NCBI GenBank assembly: GCA_020056715.1
Contig: JAGVHG010000106.1
Location: 1,153 to 65,152, forward strand
From: Phycisphaerae bacterium
GTDB lineage: Bacteria; Planctomycetota; Phycisphaerae; UBA1845
DNA length: 64,000 nucleotides
Direction: 5' to 3'
Shown here piece after piece: positions 9,425 through 20,791 of the stretch; position 1 is the first letter of the stretch; each line of letters starts with the position of its first letter. The position numbers and the translations under genes are program-made. The notes beneath the pieces were generated by a model that worked only from the letters and a program-made list of their open reading frames with translations, did no database searches and had not been told where the DNA came from.

Positions 9425-10861
9425 ATGACGATTTCATTGACCATGCTCACTCTGGCCTTGTTCGCGCCCGTGGATCCAGCGGCCTACCCGGAGACCGACA
9501 AGTCCAACGCCGTTTCCGTCGCCGATCGTTACCGCGAACCGGCCCAACGGATCATCACTGCGGCCCTCGCGGGCAACGACGCATATCGAAAGCTGGAAGA
9601 ACTCTGCACCCGCATCGGTCATCGCCTCAGCGGCTCGCCGCAACTCGAGAAAGCCATCGACTGGGCCGTCGACACCATGAAGAAAGACGGCCAGGAAAAT
9701 GTCCGCCGCGAGAAAGTGATGGTGCCTCATTGGGTCCGGGGCCGAGAATCCGTCACCCTGATCGAGCCGCGCAACGAACCCTTGGTCATGCTCGGCCTGG
9801 GCGGCTCGGTCGGGACGTCCCCCGAAGGCATCACCGCCCCGGTCGTCGTGGTCAGCGGCAAGGACGAGCTTGATAAGATCGGCGACCAGGCGAAGGGAAA
9901 AATCGTCCTCTTCAACAACATCATGCTCCCCTATGACCCTGAAAAAGGCGCCGGCTACGGCGCGGCGGTGCAGTATCGCGGCAGGGGCGCGAGTCTCGCC
10001 GCGGCGAAGGGTGCGGTTGCCTGCCTCATTCGCTCCGTGACGGCCAAGAGCTTGCGCAGCCCGCACACCGGTGCGATGCGCTACGCCGAGAATGACACAA
10101 AGATCCCCGCCGCCGCCCTTTCAATCGAGGACGCCGACACCATCGCCCGCTTGCAAGCCCACGGCATCCCGGTCGTCGTCAACATCAAGATGGAGGCCCA
10201 GACGCTCCCCGACGCGCCATCCGGGAATGTCATCGGCGAGCTTCGCGGCTCAACAAACCCGGATGAAGTCGTGGTCATCGGCGGTCACATCGACTCCTGG
10301 GACGTTGGCCAGGGCGCACACGACGACGGCGGCGGCTGCGTGATGGCCATGGAGGCGATCAACGTCCTCCGCAAGCTCAACATGATTCCTCGACGCACCA
10401 TCCGAGTGGTCCTTTTCACCAACGAGGAAAACGGCCTCTCCGGCGGCAAGACCTACGCCGCCGACCACGCCGACGAACTGCCCAAACATGTCGCCGCAAT
10501 CGAAGCGGACAGCGGCGTCTTCCGCCCCACCGGCTATTCCGTGGAGTGCGAAAACAAAGAACGCGAAAGCGCCGCTGCAGAGCGACTACACGACCTCGTC
10601 ACCCTCCTCTCCCCCATCGGATCGATGAAGGCAAGCGCGGGCCACTCCGGTGCCGACATCAGCCCGATGAAGTCCGGTGGAGTGATTCTCATGGGCCACG
10701 ACGTCGAAGGGGCCACCTATTTCGATTATCACCACACCCACGCCGACACCATCGACAAGATCGACCCCGAGGTTCTTTCCCAGAACGTCGCCGCCCTCGC
10801 CACGATGGCCTACATCCTGGCCGACATGCCCACGCGGATCGGCGAGCGCCTAAACCCGTAG
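9425..10861 (+). CDS. M28-family metallopeptidase with PA domain
   Basis: Motifs GGHIDSWDVGQGAHDDGGG and FTNEENGLSG. The signal-like start MTISLTMLTLALFAP is at the ATG at 9425; the track start 9269 adds a non-signal leader. Confidence 0.85.
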   Translation: MTISLTMLTLALFAPVDPAAYPETDKSNAVSVADRYREPAQRIITAALAGNDAYRKLEELCTRIGHRLSGSPQLEKAIDWAVDTMKKDGQENVRREKVMVPHWVRGRESVTLIEPRNEPLVMLGLGGSVGTSPEGITAPVVVVSGKDELDKIGDQAKGKIVLFNNIMLPYDPEKGAGYGAAVQYRGRGASLAAAKGAVACLIRSVTAKSLRSPHTGAMRYAENDTKIPAAALSIEDADTIARLQAHGIPVVVNIKMEAQTLPDAPSGNVIGELRGSTNPDEVVVIGGHIDSWDVGQGAHDDGGGCVMAMEAINVLRKLNMIPRRTIRVVLFTNEENGLSGGKTYAADHADELPKHVAAIEADSGVFRPTGYSVECENKERESAAAERLHDLVTLLSPIGSMKASAGHSGADISPMKSGGVILMGHDVEGATYFDYHHTHADTIDKIDPEVLSQNVAALATMAYILADMPTRIGERLNP

Positions 10862-11125
10862 CCCCGCCCGGCAGGTAGCGGAAAATCCGAACCCGGAGCG
10901 CGAGCGACGGGTCTACCAGAGCGTGGAGCCGCAGCGACAGGACCACATCCCCTCTTGCTAAGTCGAAGATCCGCCGTGGCGGAGGGGGGGCCGACTCCCG
11001 TCCCCCAATCCCCAATCCCGACCAACGACCCCCTCCCCGTACCAATTTCAGCGTTTCTGCGTTTCGCCCCCGACCCCCGACCCCAAAACCCCGAAATCGA
11101 GCGGGTTTTGTTGGGAGGCGGGGGC

Positions 11126-11154
11126 TTGTATCGGTCCAGCACCGACGGTATAAT
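11126..11154 (+). promoter_or_regulatory. Sigma70-like promoter candidate for the RCC1-repeat gene
   Basis: TTGTAT (11126-11131), 17-nt spacer, TATAAT (11149-11154). GGGAGGGA lies 5-6 nt before the ATG at 11203. Confidence 0.35.
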
Positions 11155-11202
11155 AGACCCCCGTTCCTAATTAAGTGCGGTGACCATCTTCGGGAGGGAT
11201 TT

Positions 11203-12807
11203 ATGAATCCGTCAATTCGAGGAAGCGCGCGTTGCGCCGCTGCAGGAATCCGAAGCGTTTTCGTCGTCCTTTGCACCTGCGTCATCACGACAATAACACC
11301 GGCAGGTATCGCGCGCGGAGTACCGCCTCAAGGCGCGATCGTGGCGTGGGGATGCGGTGATATCTACAACATCTACAACTACGGTCAATGCAACGTTCCC
11401 GCGCCGAACAGTGGTTTCACGGCCGTCGCCGCGGGCGGGTTTCACAATCTGGGTCTCAAGGCCGATGGGTCCATTGTGGCCTGGGGAAACAACGAGTTAG
11501 GTCAAACCAACGTCCCCGCGCCCAATGCCGATTTCATCGCCGTCGCCGCGGGCCGTTGGCACAGTACGGGTCTCATGGCCGACGGATCCATCGTGGCGTG
11601 GGGGGACAATAGCTACGATCAGACGAACGTTCCCCCGCCCAATGCCGATTTCATCGCCATCGCCGCGGACGGTTGGCACAGTCTAGGTCTCAAGGCCGAC
11701 GGCTCCATCGTGGCGTGGGGATGCAGCAGGATTGAATGCGACGGCTCAGGCTGTTGGTGCGCCGCGTCAGCGCCGGGATCCCCTTCGCCGAATACTGGTT
11801 TCGTTTCCGTCGCCGCGGGCGGGTTGCACAGTCTGGGCCTCAAGAACGACGGGGCCATCGTGGCGTGGGGATGTGAATTCCCCGGCGACTACGGTCAATG
11901 TAACGTCCCCGCGCCCAATGCCGATTTCATCAGCATTGCCGCGGGCGGGCGTTTCAGTCTGGGTCTCAAGGCCGACGGGTCCATCGTGGCGTGGGGATGG
12001 AACGCATACGGTCAAACCACCGTTCCCTCACCCAACACCGACTTCATCGGCATCGCCGCGGGCGGTGGGCACAGTCTAGGTCTCAGGGCCGACGGGTCCA
12101 TCGTGGCGTGGGGACTCGACCCCTCGGGTCAAACCAACGTCCCCGCGCCCAACACAAATTTCGTAGCCATCGCGGGGGGCGAGTACCACAGTCTCGCCGT
12201 TCAGAGGGTTGGCGCGTGTTGTGACCTACTCTACGGCAGTTGCGCGGAAGACATTGGCGCGAGCGCGTGTTTGGGAACGCACCAGGCGTGGACAGTTGAT
12301 GCGGCCTGCGTGGACGTGGTGTGCGAGGCCGCCACAGGCGCGTGCTGTAACCTACTTTCCGGAACATGCGCTGAGGACATACCGGTGAGTGAGTGTTCGG
12401 GAACGCAAGAGACGTGGACCAAGGGTGCTGCCTGCGTTGACGTGGTGTGTGATGCCGTCACCGGCGCGTGCTGTAACCTACTTTCCGGAACCTGCGCTGA
12501 AGACATACCGTCGAGCGCGTGTTTGGGAACGCACCAAGCGTGGACCAAGGCTGCGAACTGCGCGGACGTGGTGTGCGAGGCCGTAACCGGCGCGTGCTGC
12601 AACCACGATCCTTTCGGGGCTTGCACAGACAGCGTCACTCAGACGGCGTGCGCCTGCCCGACCTGCGATTGGGTCAAACTGGGTTCCTGTTCTGAATTGG
12701 ATTGCCCGCACACCACGATCCCGGCGGTGAGCAGTTGGGGACTCGCGATTCTGTCGCTCTTACTTATTACCGGCGCGAAGATCCGCTTCGGGCGGGTGTG
12801 GCAATGA
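11203..12807 (+). CDS. Secreted RCC1-like beta-propeller protein with Cys-rich modules and an IPTL-CTERM-like sorting tail
   Basis: Signal-like N-terminus. Seven blades of the form DGSIVAWG-x-N-x-x-GQTNVPAPNADFIAVAAG-x-HSLGL. Three to four 42-aa modules each start GACC. The C-terminus is TIPAVSSWGLAILSLLLITGAKIRFGR. Confidence 0.8.
   Translation: MNPSIRGSARCAAAGIRSVFVVLCTCVITTITPAGIARGVPPQGAIVAWGCGDIYNIYNYGQCNVPAPNSGFTAVAAGGFHNLGLKADGSIVAWGNNELGQTNVPAPNADFIAVAAGRWHSTGLMADGSIVAWGDNSYDQTNVPPPNADFIAIAADGWHSLGLKADGSIVAWGCSRIECDGSGCWCAASAPGSPSPNTGFVSVAAGGLHSLGLKNDGAIVAWGCEFPGDYGQCNVPAPNADFISIAAGGRFSLGLKADGSIVAWGWNAYGQTTVPSPNTDFIGIAAGGGHSLGLRADGSIVAWGLDPSGQTNVPAPNTNFVAIAGGEYHSLAVQRVGACCDLLYGSCAEDIGASACLGTHQAWTVDAACVDVVCEAATGACCNLLSGTCAEDIPVSECSGTQETWTKGAACVDVVCDAVTGACCNLLSGTCAEDIPSSACLGTHQAWTKAANCADVVCEAVTGACCNHDPFGACTDSVTQTACACPTCDWVKLGSCSELDCPHTTIPAVSSWGLAILSLLLITGAKIRFGRVWQ
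11332..12210 (+). repeat. Seven tandem ~40-aa RCC1-like blade repeats (coding)
   Basis: Recurrent ..IVAWG....GQ.NVP.PN..F..IAAG..HSLGL.ADGS across aa 44-336 of the ORF. Confidence 0.8.
12211..12711 (+). repeat. 42-aa (126-nt) six-cysteine modules: three near-identical copies plus one divergent copy (coding)
   Basis: GACC occurs at aa 337, 379, 421 and 463. The module is GACCNLLSGTCAEDIPxSxCxGTxxxWTxxAxCxDVVCEAxT. Confidence 0.8.
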
Positions 12808-12808
12808 A

Positions 12809-13210
12809 TCACGCTGTGGGTGTGCGCATCAAGCAGCGCATCGGCTCGTTGTCGGCGTAAACCCACCATTCGGCGATGAGGCCGTCGCGAACGACGGCCT
12901 TCCACGCGGCAGGCGTTTCCCAGCGGTTCTGCGTAAGCATTCGACCATCAGGCGAATAGGTGCCGCCCGCACGTCCGAACAGCGCCGTGACCGGCCCGCT
13001 CTCCAGATGATCCGTCACTGCGATGTGGTAATCGGGTACCATACCAAAATAGGCCCGCCAGCCCTCACGCATCGGCTCGCGGCCGCGGACCTCGATGCCC
13101 AGACTATCGACGAAAAGATGATCTGGCGTCATCAGTCGGCATAACCCCTCCATCCCGGCGCGCCGGGACCGATTGATGCACGCGATGAACTGCGCGACGG
13201 TTGGATTCAC
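12809..13210 (-). CDS. NTF2/SnoaL-like fold protein
   Basis: 133 aa with a pattern typical of SnoaL-like domains (..FVDSLG..V.G...M...W..YF..VPDY.I.V.......). The start overlaps the cyclophilin stop by 4 nt. Confidence 0.5.
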   Translation of the reverse strand: MNPTVAQFIACINRSRRAGMEGLCRLMTPDHLFVDSLGIEVRGREPMREGWRAYFGMVPDYHIAVTDHLESGPVTALFGRAGGTYSPDGRMLTQNRWETPAAWKAVVRDGLIAEWWVYADNEPMRCLMRTPTA

Positions 13211-13767
13211 GACACGGGAGCCGCCGCCGCTTGCGTTCGAGGGAACCGCTCATCCAGCGTCTTATTCCATTTGGCCAACTGTTTGTCGTGTTTCTCGAAC
13301 AAAGCGGACGCATCGCCTTCGATGATGACGCCGGTCATCACGTCGCCCTGCTTAATGGCGTCGACCACTTCTTGCCCGGCGATCACCTTGCCGAACACCG
13401 AATGTTTCCGGTCCAACCACGACGTTTCCTTGTGCGTAATAAAGAATTGGCTGCCGTTACTGTCCGGGCCGCTGTTGGCCATCGACATGGTCCCCGGACC
13501 GTCATGCCGAAGTCGCGGGCTGAACTCATCCTTGAATTGATACCCCGGCCCGCTGGTGCCGGTGCCTGTGGGGTCGCCGCCTTGGACCATGAAGTCCGCA
13601 ATGACTCGGTGGAACTTGAGGCCGTCGTAATACCCGCGTTTGGCGAGATTCACGAAGTTAAGCACGCTAAGCGGGGCTTCATTCGGGAAAAGCCGGAGGC
13701 GGATCACACCCTTGGTGGTGTTCACCACGGCCACAAGCTCAGTCAATATTGCAGTTTCGTCTCCCAT
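13207..13767 (-). CDS. ppiB: Peptidyl-prolyl cis-trans isomerase, cyclophilin type
   Basis: Motifs [19 protein letters not shown] and [19 protein letters not shown] at 13767 is preceded by GGAGAG; the track start 13866 is a TTG. Confidence 0.9.
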   Translation of the reverse strand: MGDETAILTELVAVVNTTKGVIRLRLFPNEAPLSVLNFVNLAKRGYYDGLKFHRVIADFMVQGGDPTGTGTSGPGYQFKDEFSPRLRHDGPGTMSMANSGPDSNGSQFFITHKETSWLDRKHSVFGKVIAGQEVVDAIKQGDVMTGVIIEGDASALFEKHDKQLAKWNKTLDERFPRTQAAAAPVS

Positions 13768-13887
13768 CGTGCTCTCCAACGATCCAACGACGACCTTCAA
13801 CCCGGGTCGCGCGGACCCCGCCGCGGCCAACGCGGGTAGCGTACAACACCTTCCAAGCCGTTGCAAGTAATTTCCGCCCGCCCTGCA

Positions 13888-14910
13888 TCATTTCTTTTGA
13901 CTGTGAATTGTTGCGGCGTGGTGGCACGCCACGAGGCGCCCCGCCGCCGCGTCCGGCTCCGACTTCAGCGGCGGTGTCACCCGGCGGCACTCCTCAGTGG
14001 CAAACGGGCAGCGCGGATGAAACGCGCATCCGCTGGGGGGCGACAACGGACTCGGCGGTTCGCCGGTGACCGGCGAGCGTTCACGCCGACGCGCCGGGTC
14101 CGGCTCCGGCACGGAAGCGAGAAGCGCCATCGTGTAAGGGTGACTTGGCCGGGCGTAGAGGTCGGCCGCATCGGCAACTTCCACGATCTTCCCCAGGTAC
14201 ATGACCGCCACACGGTCGCTAAAGTGTTCGACAACCGCCAGGTTGTGGGCAATGAACAGGTAGGTCAGCTTCAGTTCGGCCTTAAGGTCGTTGAGTAGGT
14301 TCAGAATCTGGGCCTGGATCGACACGTCAAGGGCGCTGACTGGCTCGTCCAAAACCACGAACCGCGGGTTGAGTGCGATGGCTCGGGCGATCCCGATCCT
14401 CTGCCTCTGGCCTCCGGAGAATTCGTGGGGATAACGTCGAGCGTCGTCGCTACGAAGCCCGACCCGCGCGAGCAGTTCCGCGACCCGTTCACGACGCTCC
14501 CGCCCGTCGCCCACGGCGAATACGTCGAGCGGTTCCGCCACGATCCCCCCGACTTTCATGCGTGGATTCAGGCTGCCGAACGGATCCTGAAACACGATCT
14601 GCATATCCCGCCGTAGCGTCCGCAGCGTCCGCCCATCCGCCTTCAGAACGTCTACCCCGTCGAACGAAACGCTTCCCCCCGTCGCCTCAACGAGCCGCAA
14701 AATCGTCCGGCCCGCCGTCGTCTTGCCACAACCGCTCTCCCCCACCAGCCCCAACGTGGACCCGCGCAGAATGTCGAAGCTCACCCCGTCCACCGCGCGA
14801 ACGTACTCTGCGTTTCGCACGAATGCCCGACCCCGTGCCGAGAAATACGTTCGTAGATCACGGACTTGGACCAGAGATGGAGGCCGTATTTGCGTGGAAT
14901 CAACGACCAT
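13888..14910 (-). CDS. Oligopeptide/dipeptide-type ABC transporter ATP-binding protein (OppF/DppF-like), orphan
   Basis: Walker [10 protein letters not shown], signature [14 protein letters not shown], Walker [13 protein letters not shown], and a C-terminal Cys-rich tail [15 protein letters not shown]. No permease or binding protein is adjacent. Confidence 0.85.
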   Translation of the reverse strand: MVVDSTQIRPPSLVQVRDLRTYFSARGRAFVRNAEYVRAVDGVSFDILRGSTLGLVGESGCGKTTAGRTILRLVEATGGSVSFDGVDVLKADGRTLRTLRRDMQIVFQDPFGSLNPRMKVGGIVAEPLDVFAVGDGRERRERVAELLARVGLRSDDARRYPHEFSGGQRQRIGIARAIALNPRFVVLDEPVSALDVSIQAQILNLLNDLKAELKLTYLFIAHNLAVVEHFSDRVAVMYLGKIVEVADAADLYARPSHPYTMALLASVPEPDPARRRERSPVTGEPPSPLSPPSGCAFHPRCPFATEECRRVTPPLKSEPDAAAGRLVACHHAATIHSQKK

Positions 14911-15382
14911 CGCCCCGACCCCAGAACCAGCGCGTTAACGTCGAAAGACCATACCTATGCCCGGCGACGAAGCGATAGACCGCCCGCGAAACCGGCGCGA
15001 ATCCGGGTACGTGCCGGTAGCACCACAAACTCCGACCCTTCCCTGGCACTTGTGCCAAGGCCCGAAAGACCGCCTCAGCGCCGCTGAAGATTTGACCATC
15101 GGTGTCAACGAGCTGGACCGCATTTACAAACTCTTGTTGAGATATTTTCGGGAATTGCTCCCCTACTTCCTGGTAGGGCGCGTAGTCGATCAGGTCCCCG
15201 GTCATCGACCGCCATCGTGTGATCCATCGCCGACAGAAACCGCACTCGCCGTCGAAAATCAGAAGAGGGGCCTGCGGCCAACCCGCCTCGGGCGGATTGT
15301 TTAGAATGGATTTCCCAGTCCCTTCGGCTGGTGCCGATGCGGTTTCGTTCGGCGACAGTGTCGGCTCCGGCGCGTCAGACAT
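14900..15382 (-). CDS. DCC-family thiol-disulfide oxidoreductase (DUF393-like)
   Basis: [15 protein letters not shown] motif, 160 aa. Confidence 0.7.
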   Translation of the reverse strand: MSDAPEPTLSPNETASAPAEGTGKSILNNPPEAGWPQAPLLIFDGECGFCRRWITRWRSMTGDLIDYAPYQEVGEQFPKISQQEFVNAVQLVDTDGQIFSGAEAVFRALAQVPGKGRSLWCYRHVPGFAPVSRAVYRFVAGHRYGLSTLTRWFWGRGDGR

Positions 15383-15572
15383 GTTTTCATCGTAGCCGTC
15401 GTCCGTCCGGGCCGCGAGCCTTTCTTACTCTAAGCTTAGTAAACTACCTCTCGGTACCCGACTTAAACAAGCGTAGCTTGCGGACGACCATCCGCGTTCT
15501 GCACGGACGAATCTCGTCTCGCGTGGCATTAACTCAAGCCCGTCGCTATGCTCTCCGCAGTTCGGACTTGGA

Positions 15573-17525
<1,953 letters not shown>

Positions 17526-17613
17526 GACAGTCGTCGCCAATCCTCAAAAATCACCAGTGACCAAACTACCGAATAGACTCCAATTCCCTACCCAGATATA
17601 TTTAATTTTTTCG

Positions 17614-17642
17614 TTGACGGCGAAATTGACTATCTGTATCGT
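17614..17642 (+). promoter_or_regulatory. Sigma70-like promoter candidate in the AT-rich region upstream of the response regulator
   Basis: TTGACG (17614-17619), 17-nt spacer, TATCGT (17637-17642), about 75 nt upstream of the 17718 start. Confidence 0.25.
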
Positions 17643-17717
17643 ATGGGGAACATGGGGGGGATGGACAAATTGAGTAGCATCGGTGTGGTCAAGGATGGCT
17701 AGGCCAGAGGTAATTTC

Positions 17718-18302
17718 ATGGCGGATAACGGACAAGTAAAAACAGTCTTCACTACCGGCGAAGTCGCAAAAATCTGCAAAGTGAGTCAGCAGACGGTGAT
17801 CCGCTGTTTCGACAGTGGAAGGTTGCACGGCTTTCGCGTTCCCGGATCGCGATTCAGGCGCATCCCCCGCGAAGCTCTCATCACCTTCATGAAGAGCAAC
17901 CAGATTCCGATGGATCATCTCGAAACGGGGAAGAAGCGGGTCTTGGTTGTGGACGACGATGAGGCCGTCGTGGAAATGTTCAACGAGTTATTGGAACGCG
18001 ATGGTCGCTTCGACGTCCGCACCGCGTCCACCGGCTACGACGCGGGGATTATGACTGAGCAATTCCGACCCGACGTGTTGCTTCTCGATTTCAAGCTCCC
18101 CGACATCAACGGCAACGTCGTGTGTCGAACGATCCGCTCCAACCCGAATTACCAGCACATGCAAATCATCATCATCAGCGGCGTGGCCGACCCGGATGAG
18201 GTTGCGGAACTAAAGGCCGCCGGTGCGGATGAGTTCATCCGCAAACCGTTCGACATCAACGCGGTCATCAACCGCATCGCCGAGATGATGAAGGTCGGGT
18301 AG
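17718..18302 (+). CDS. Response regulator with N-terminal excisionase/MerR-type HTH and C-terminal receiver
   Basis: HTH is TTGEVAKICKVSQQTVIRCFDSGRLHGFRVPGSRFRRIP. Receiver motifs are VLVVDDDEA, DVLLLDFKLPDINGN and FIRKPF. Confidence 0.85.
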   Translation: MADNGQVKTVFTTGEVAKICKVSQQTVIRCFDSGRLHGFRVPGSRFRRIPREALITFMKSNQIPMDHLETGKKRVLVVDDDEAVVEMFNELLERDGRFDVRTASTGYDAGIMTEQFRPDVLLLDFKLPDINGNVVCRTIRSNPNYQHMQIIIISGVADPDEVAELKAAGADEFIRKPFDINAVINRIAEMMKVG

Positions 18303-18312
18303 ACGCAGCCGA

Positions 18313-20601
18313 TTGTCGGCGGTCCCCGCCGCTAACCCGGATGATGCGATGACCGTCGGCATCCAGCGAACCGCATCATCTCAAGCTCCGGCGCGAGAAC
18401 GCGTCGAGTTGATCCTCGGCCAATTGGACCAACTCCCCACGCTTCCGACCATGGTCGCGTGTCTTTTGGCTATCGCCGGGTCGGACGACTCCTCGGCCCG
18501 CGACTTGGTCCGAATCATCGAACCCGATCCGTCACTCACGGCCTGCATCCTTCGGATGGTCCGTCGCCCCGACCTCGGCGTGCGAAGCCAGGGGATGACC
18601 GTCGCCCGCGCGGTCTCGCTTCTCGGCATTCGAGCGGTTCGCAACGCCGCCTTATCCACCCAATTCTTCGAGACGTTGTCCGCACGAGGCGGGGATGAAT
18701 CCGCGACCGCGCGTCGCCGGGAATTGTGGAAACACAGCTTGGCCGTCGGTTGCGCAGCGGAATTGATCGCCGAACGAACCAGCGATCCCGCCACAGCCGG
18801 AGAGGCATTCGTCTGCGGCCTACTCCACGACATCGGCAAAATAGCCCTCGACACTTGCCTCCCCAAAAGCTACGCCCGTGTCCTCGAGCGAAGCGAACAT
18901 CGACCGGTTTGTGTTTGTGACCTTGAGCGGGAAATCCTCGGCCTCGATCATACCTCCGCCGGCAAACGCTTGGTCACGCGCTGGCGTCTCGGGCAAGCGA
19001 TCGTGGAAAGCGTCTGGCTACACCATCAGGATCCGGACGCACTGCCGTCAACCATTGCCTTCGCGCACCAGGTGCGGATCGTTCACCTCGCGGACGCCTT
19101 AATTCGCCGGACCGGGATCGGCGCTTCAGGCTCGAATCACGTGACCGATATCGAATCCGCCGCGTTGACGCTTGGCGTCGATCGAGCCGCGTTGGCCGAA
19201 ATCATCGAGCGCGTGCCGGAGAGGTTGAAACCGCTTCAAGAAGCGCTGGGACTCGACGACGCCGACGATAATGCGTCGTACCTCGAATCGTTGTCGGAGG
19301 CGAATCGCCGACTCGGTCAATCGAATACTCAACTGACGGAATCGAACCGGACCCTCAAACTACGCTCGGATTGCTTTGAAGCCCTAACCGCTTTCACGAC
19401 GCAATTAACCGAACACGATCGTATCGCCGATGTTTGCGCCGCCGCCGCCGACCTCTTATGTTCCCTTTTGCATATCGATCATGCACTCGCCTTCGTACGC
19501 ACACCCGAGCGCCTTTGCCTGTACGTCGGCGCCAGCGACAAGACCGGCGCCGCTTCACGCACAGCGATCCTGGAATGCGGTATCGCCGACTTCGCGGAAG
19601 CGAAAACGAATGGCAATGTCATCCCGGCCCCGGAAAGCTGCGACGCCCTATGGCAGCAAACCATCGGTTCACCGGCGGAATCTCCCCTTTGGTTGCTGCC
19701 GTTCCACACCGAAGCAGCAGCGGGCGGCGTGCTTTTCGTTGCCGACGACGACGTCGTTGATCCGTTACGCTCGGCGCAAGCGGAGTGCGTGTCTCTCTCG
19801 ACGGCGATCGGTCAAGCGGTATCGTCCGCCGCGACCAGGGTCGTTGGCGAGAAGACGGCCGAGGAACTTCTGGACCTCAACCGGCGGCTCCACACTGCCC
19901 AGAAACAGCTCGTCCGCATGCGCTCGATCTCGATGATTGCCCAGATGGCCGCCGGCGCTGCCCATGAACTGAACAACCCCCTTGCGGTGATCTCCGGTCG
20001 GGCCCAGATGGAACTAACGAAATGCGAAGATCCCGAACGACGCCGGGAATTTGAAATCATCGTCGAGCAAGCCCGGCGAGCGTCGGGGATTGTGTCTGAT
20101 CTGATGGTCTTCGCCAAGCCGGACGCACCGAGACCGGTCGTTCAATCGCTGGCCGAAGTGCTCGAATCGGCCTGTCAACACTGGCAAAGCGTATCCAGCC
20201 TCGGTCCAGACCGACTGATCCTCACCCAGCGCGACGCCGACTCCTCCGTCTACTGCGACGGCGATCAGCTTCGAGAAATCCTTCATGCGGTTTTTGCCAA
20301 CGCCCTAGAGGCCACCGATCACGCCGCGAGGTGCATCCAAATCAACTCACCCTCCCGCGCTTCCGATAAGACAGTCCGGATCGTGGTCGAGGACAACGGC
20401 GTCGGCATGACGCCCGACGTTTTGGAACATTGCCTCGACCCGTTTTTCTCCAGCCGACCTGCGGGTCGCGGACGAGGATTGGGACTTTCGCGGGCCTATC
20501 GACTCGCGGAGATCAATGGCGGAAGCCTGTGGCTCGAATCAAAACCCCAACTTGGAACCACGGTCACCATCGAGCTACCGGCCCGCGCGCCAACGGCCTA
20601 G
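18313..20601 (+). CDS. HDOD-domain sensor histidine kinase
   Basis: N-terminal HDOD (LPTLPTMVACLL...GLLHDIGK), H-box AAHELNNPLAVISG, and ATPase motifs VEDNGVGM and GRGRGLGLS. The start is TTG at 18313 or ATG at 18349. Confidence 0.85.
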   Translation: MSAVPAANPDDAMTVGIQRTASSQAPARERVELILGQLDQLPTLPTMVACLLAIAGSDDSSARDLVRIIEPDPSLTACILRMVRRPDLGVRSQGMTVARAVSLLGIRAVRNAALSTQFFETLSARGGDESATARRRELWKHSLAVGCAAELIAERTSDPATAGEAFVCGLLHDIGKIALDTCLPKSYARVLERSEHRPVCVCDLEREILGLDHTSAGKRLVTRWRLGQAIVESVWLHHQDPDALPSTIAFAHQVRIVHLADALIRRTGIGASGSNHVTDIESAALTLGVDRAALAEIIERVPERLKPLQEALGLDDADDNASYLESLSEANRRLGQSNTQLTESNRTLKLRSDCFEALTAFTTQLTEHDRIADVCAAAADLLCSLLHIDHALAFVRTPERLCLYVGASDKTGAASRTAILECGIADFAEAKTNGNVIPAPESCDALWQQTIGSPAESPLWLLPFHTEAAAGGVLFVADDDVVDPLRSAQAECVSLSTAIGQAVSSAATRVVGEKTAEELLDLNRRLHTAQKQLVRMRSISMIAQMAAGAAHELNNPLAVISGRAQMELTKCEDPERRREFEIIVEQARRASGIVSDLMVFAKPDAPRPVVQSLAEVLESACQHWQSVSSLGPDRLILTQRDADSSVYCDGDQLREILHAVFANALEATDHAARCIQINSPSRASDKTVRIVVEDNGVGMTPDVLEHCLDPFFSSRPAGRGRGLGLSRAYRLAEINGGSLWLESKPQLGTTVTIELPARAPTA

Positions 20602-20611
20602 ACCAAGCCGA

Positions 20612-20754
20612 ATGTCGGATGTCGGATGGCGGATGGCGGATGGCGGATGTGAAGCGGATCGAGAACACCTCCGACATCTCCCTTCCGACATCCCACATCC
20701 TACATCCCACTTCCCACATCCCACATCCGACATCCCACTTCCCACATCCCACAT
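20612..20754. repeat. Inverted heptanucleotide arrays (copy 1)
   Basis: Left arm is 5 x ATG(T/G)CGG (20612-20646). A 24-nt spacer follows. Right arm is 12 heptads of CC(G/C)ACAT or CCCACTT (20671-20754). It starts 11 nt after the kinase stop. Confidence 0.9.
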
Positions 20755-20791
20755 CCCCGCAACGCGCTACACGCCTCGAAGGATAATCCCC

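Noticed and set aside
15430-15439. The perfect 10-bp palindrome ctaagcttag in the divergent DCC/mnmG intergenic region as an operator.
   Set aside because: It is a single short palindrome (a HindIII-site core) with no flanking symmetry and no second copy. That is insufficient to call a regulatory site.
17526-17717. Possible replication origin next to mnmG (gidA): an AT-rich ~190-nt intergenic region.
   Set aside because: Only one weak DnaA-box-like 9-mer (tgtggtcaa) is visible. There is no cluster of TTATCCACA-type boxes and no dnaA or dnaN nearby. The region is more simply the promoter of the response-regulator gene.
20612-20754. CRISPR array as an explanation for the repeat arrays.
   Set aside because: The units are only 7 nt, are directly abutting with no spacers, are arranged as inverted arms, and no cas genes are present.
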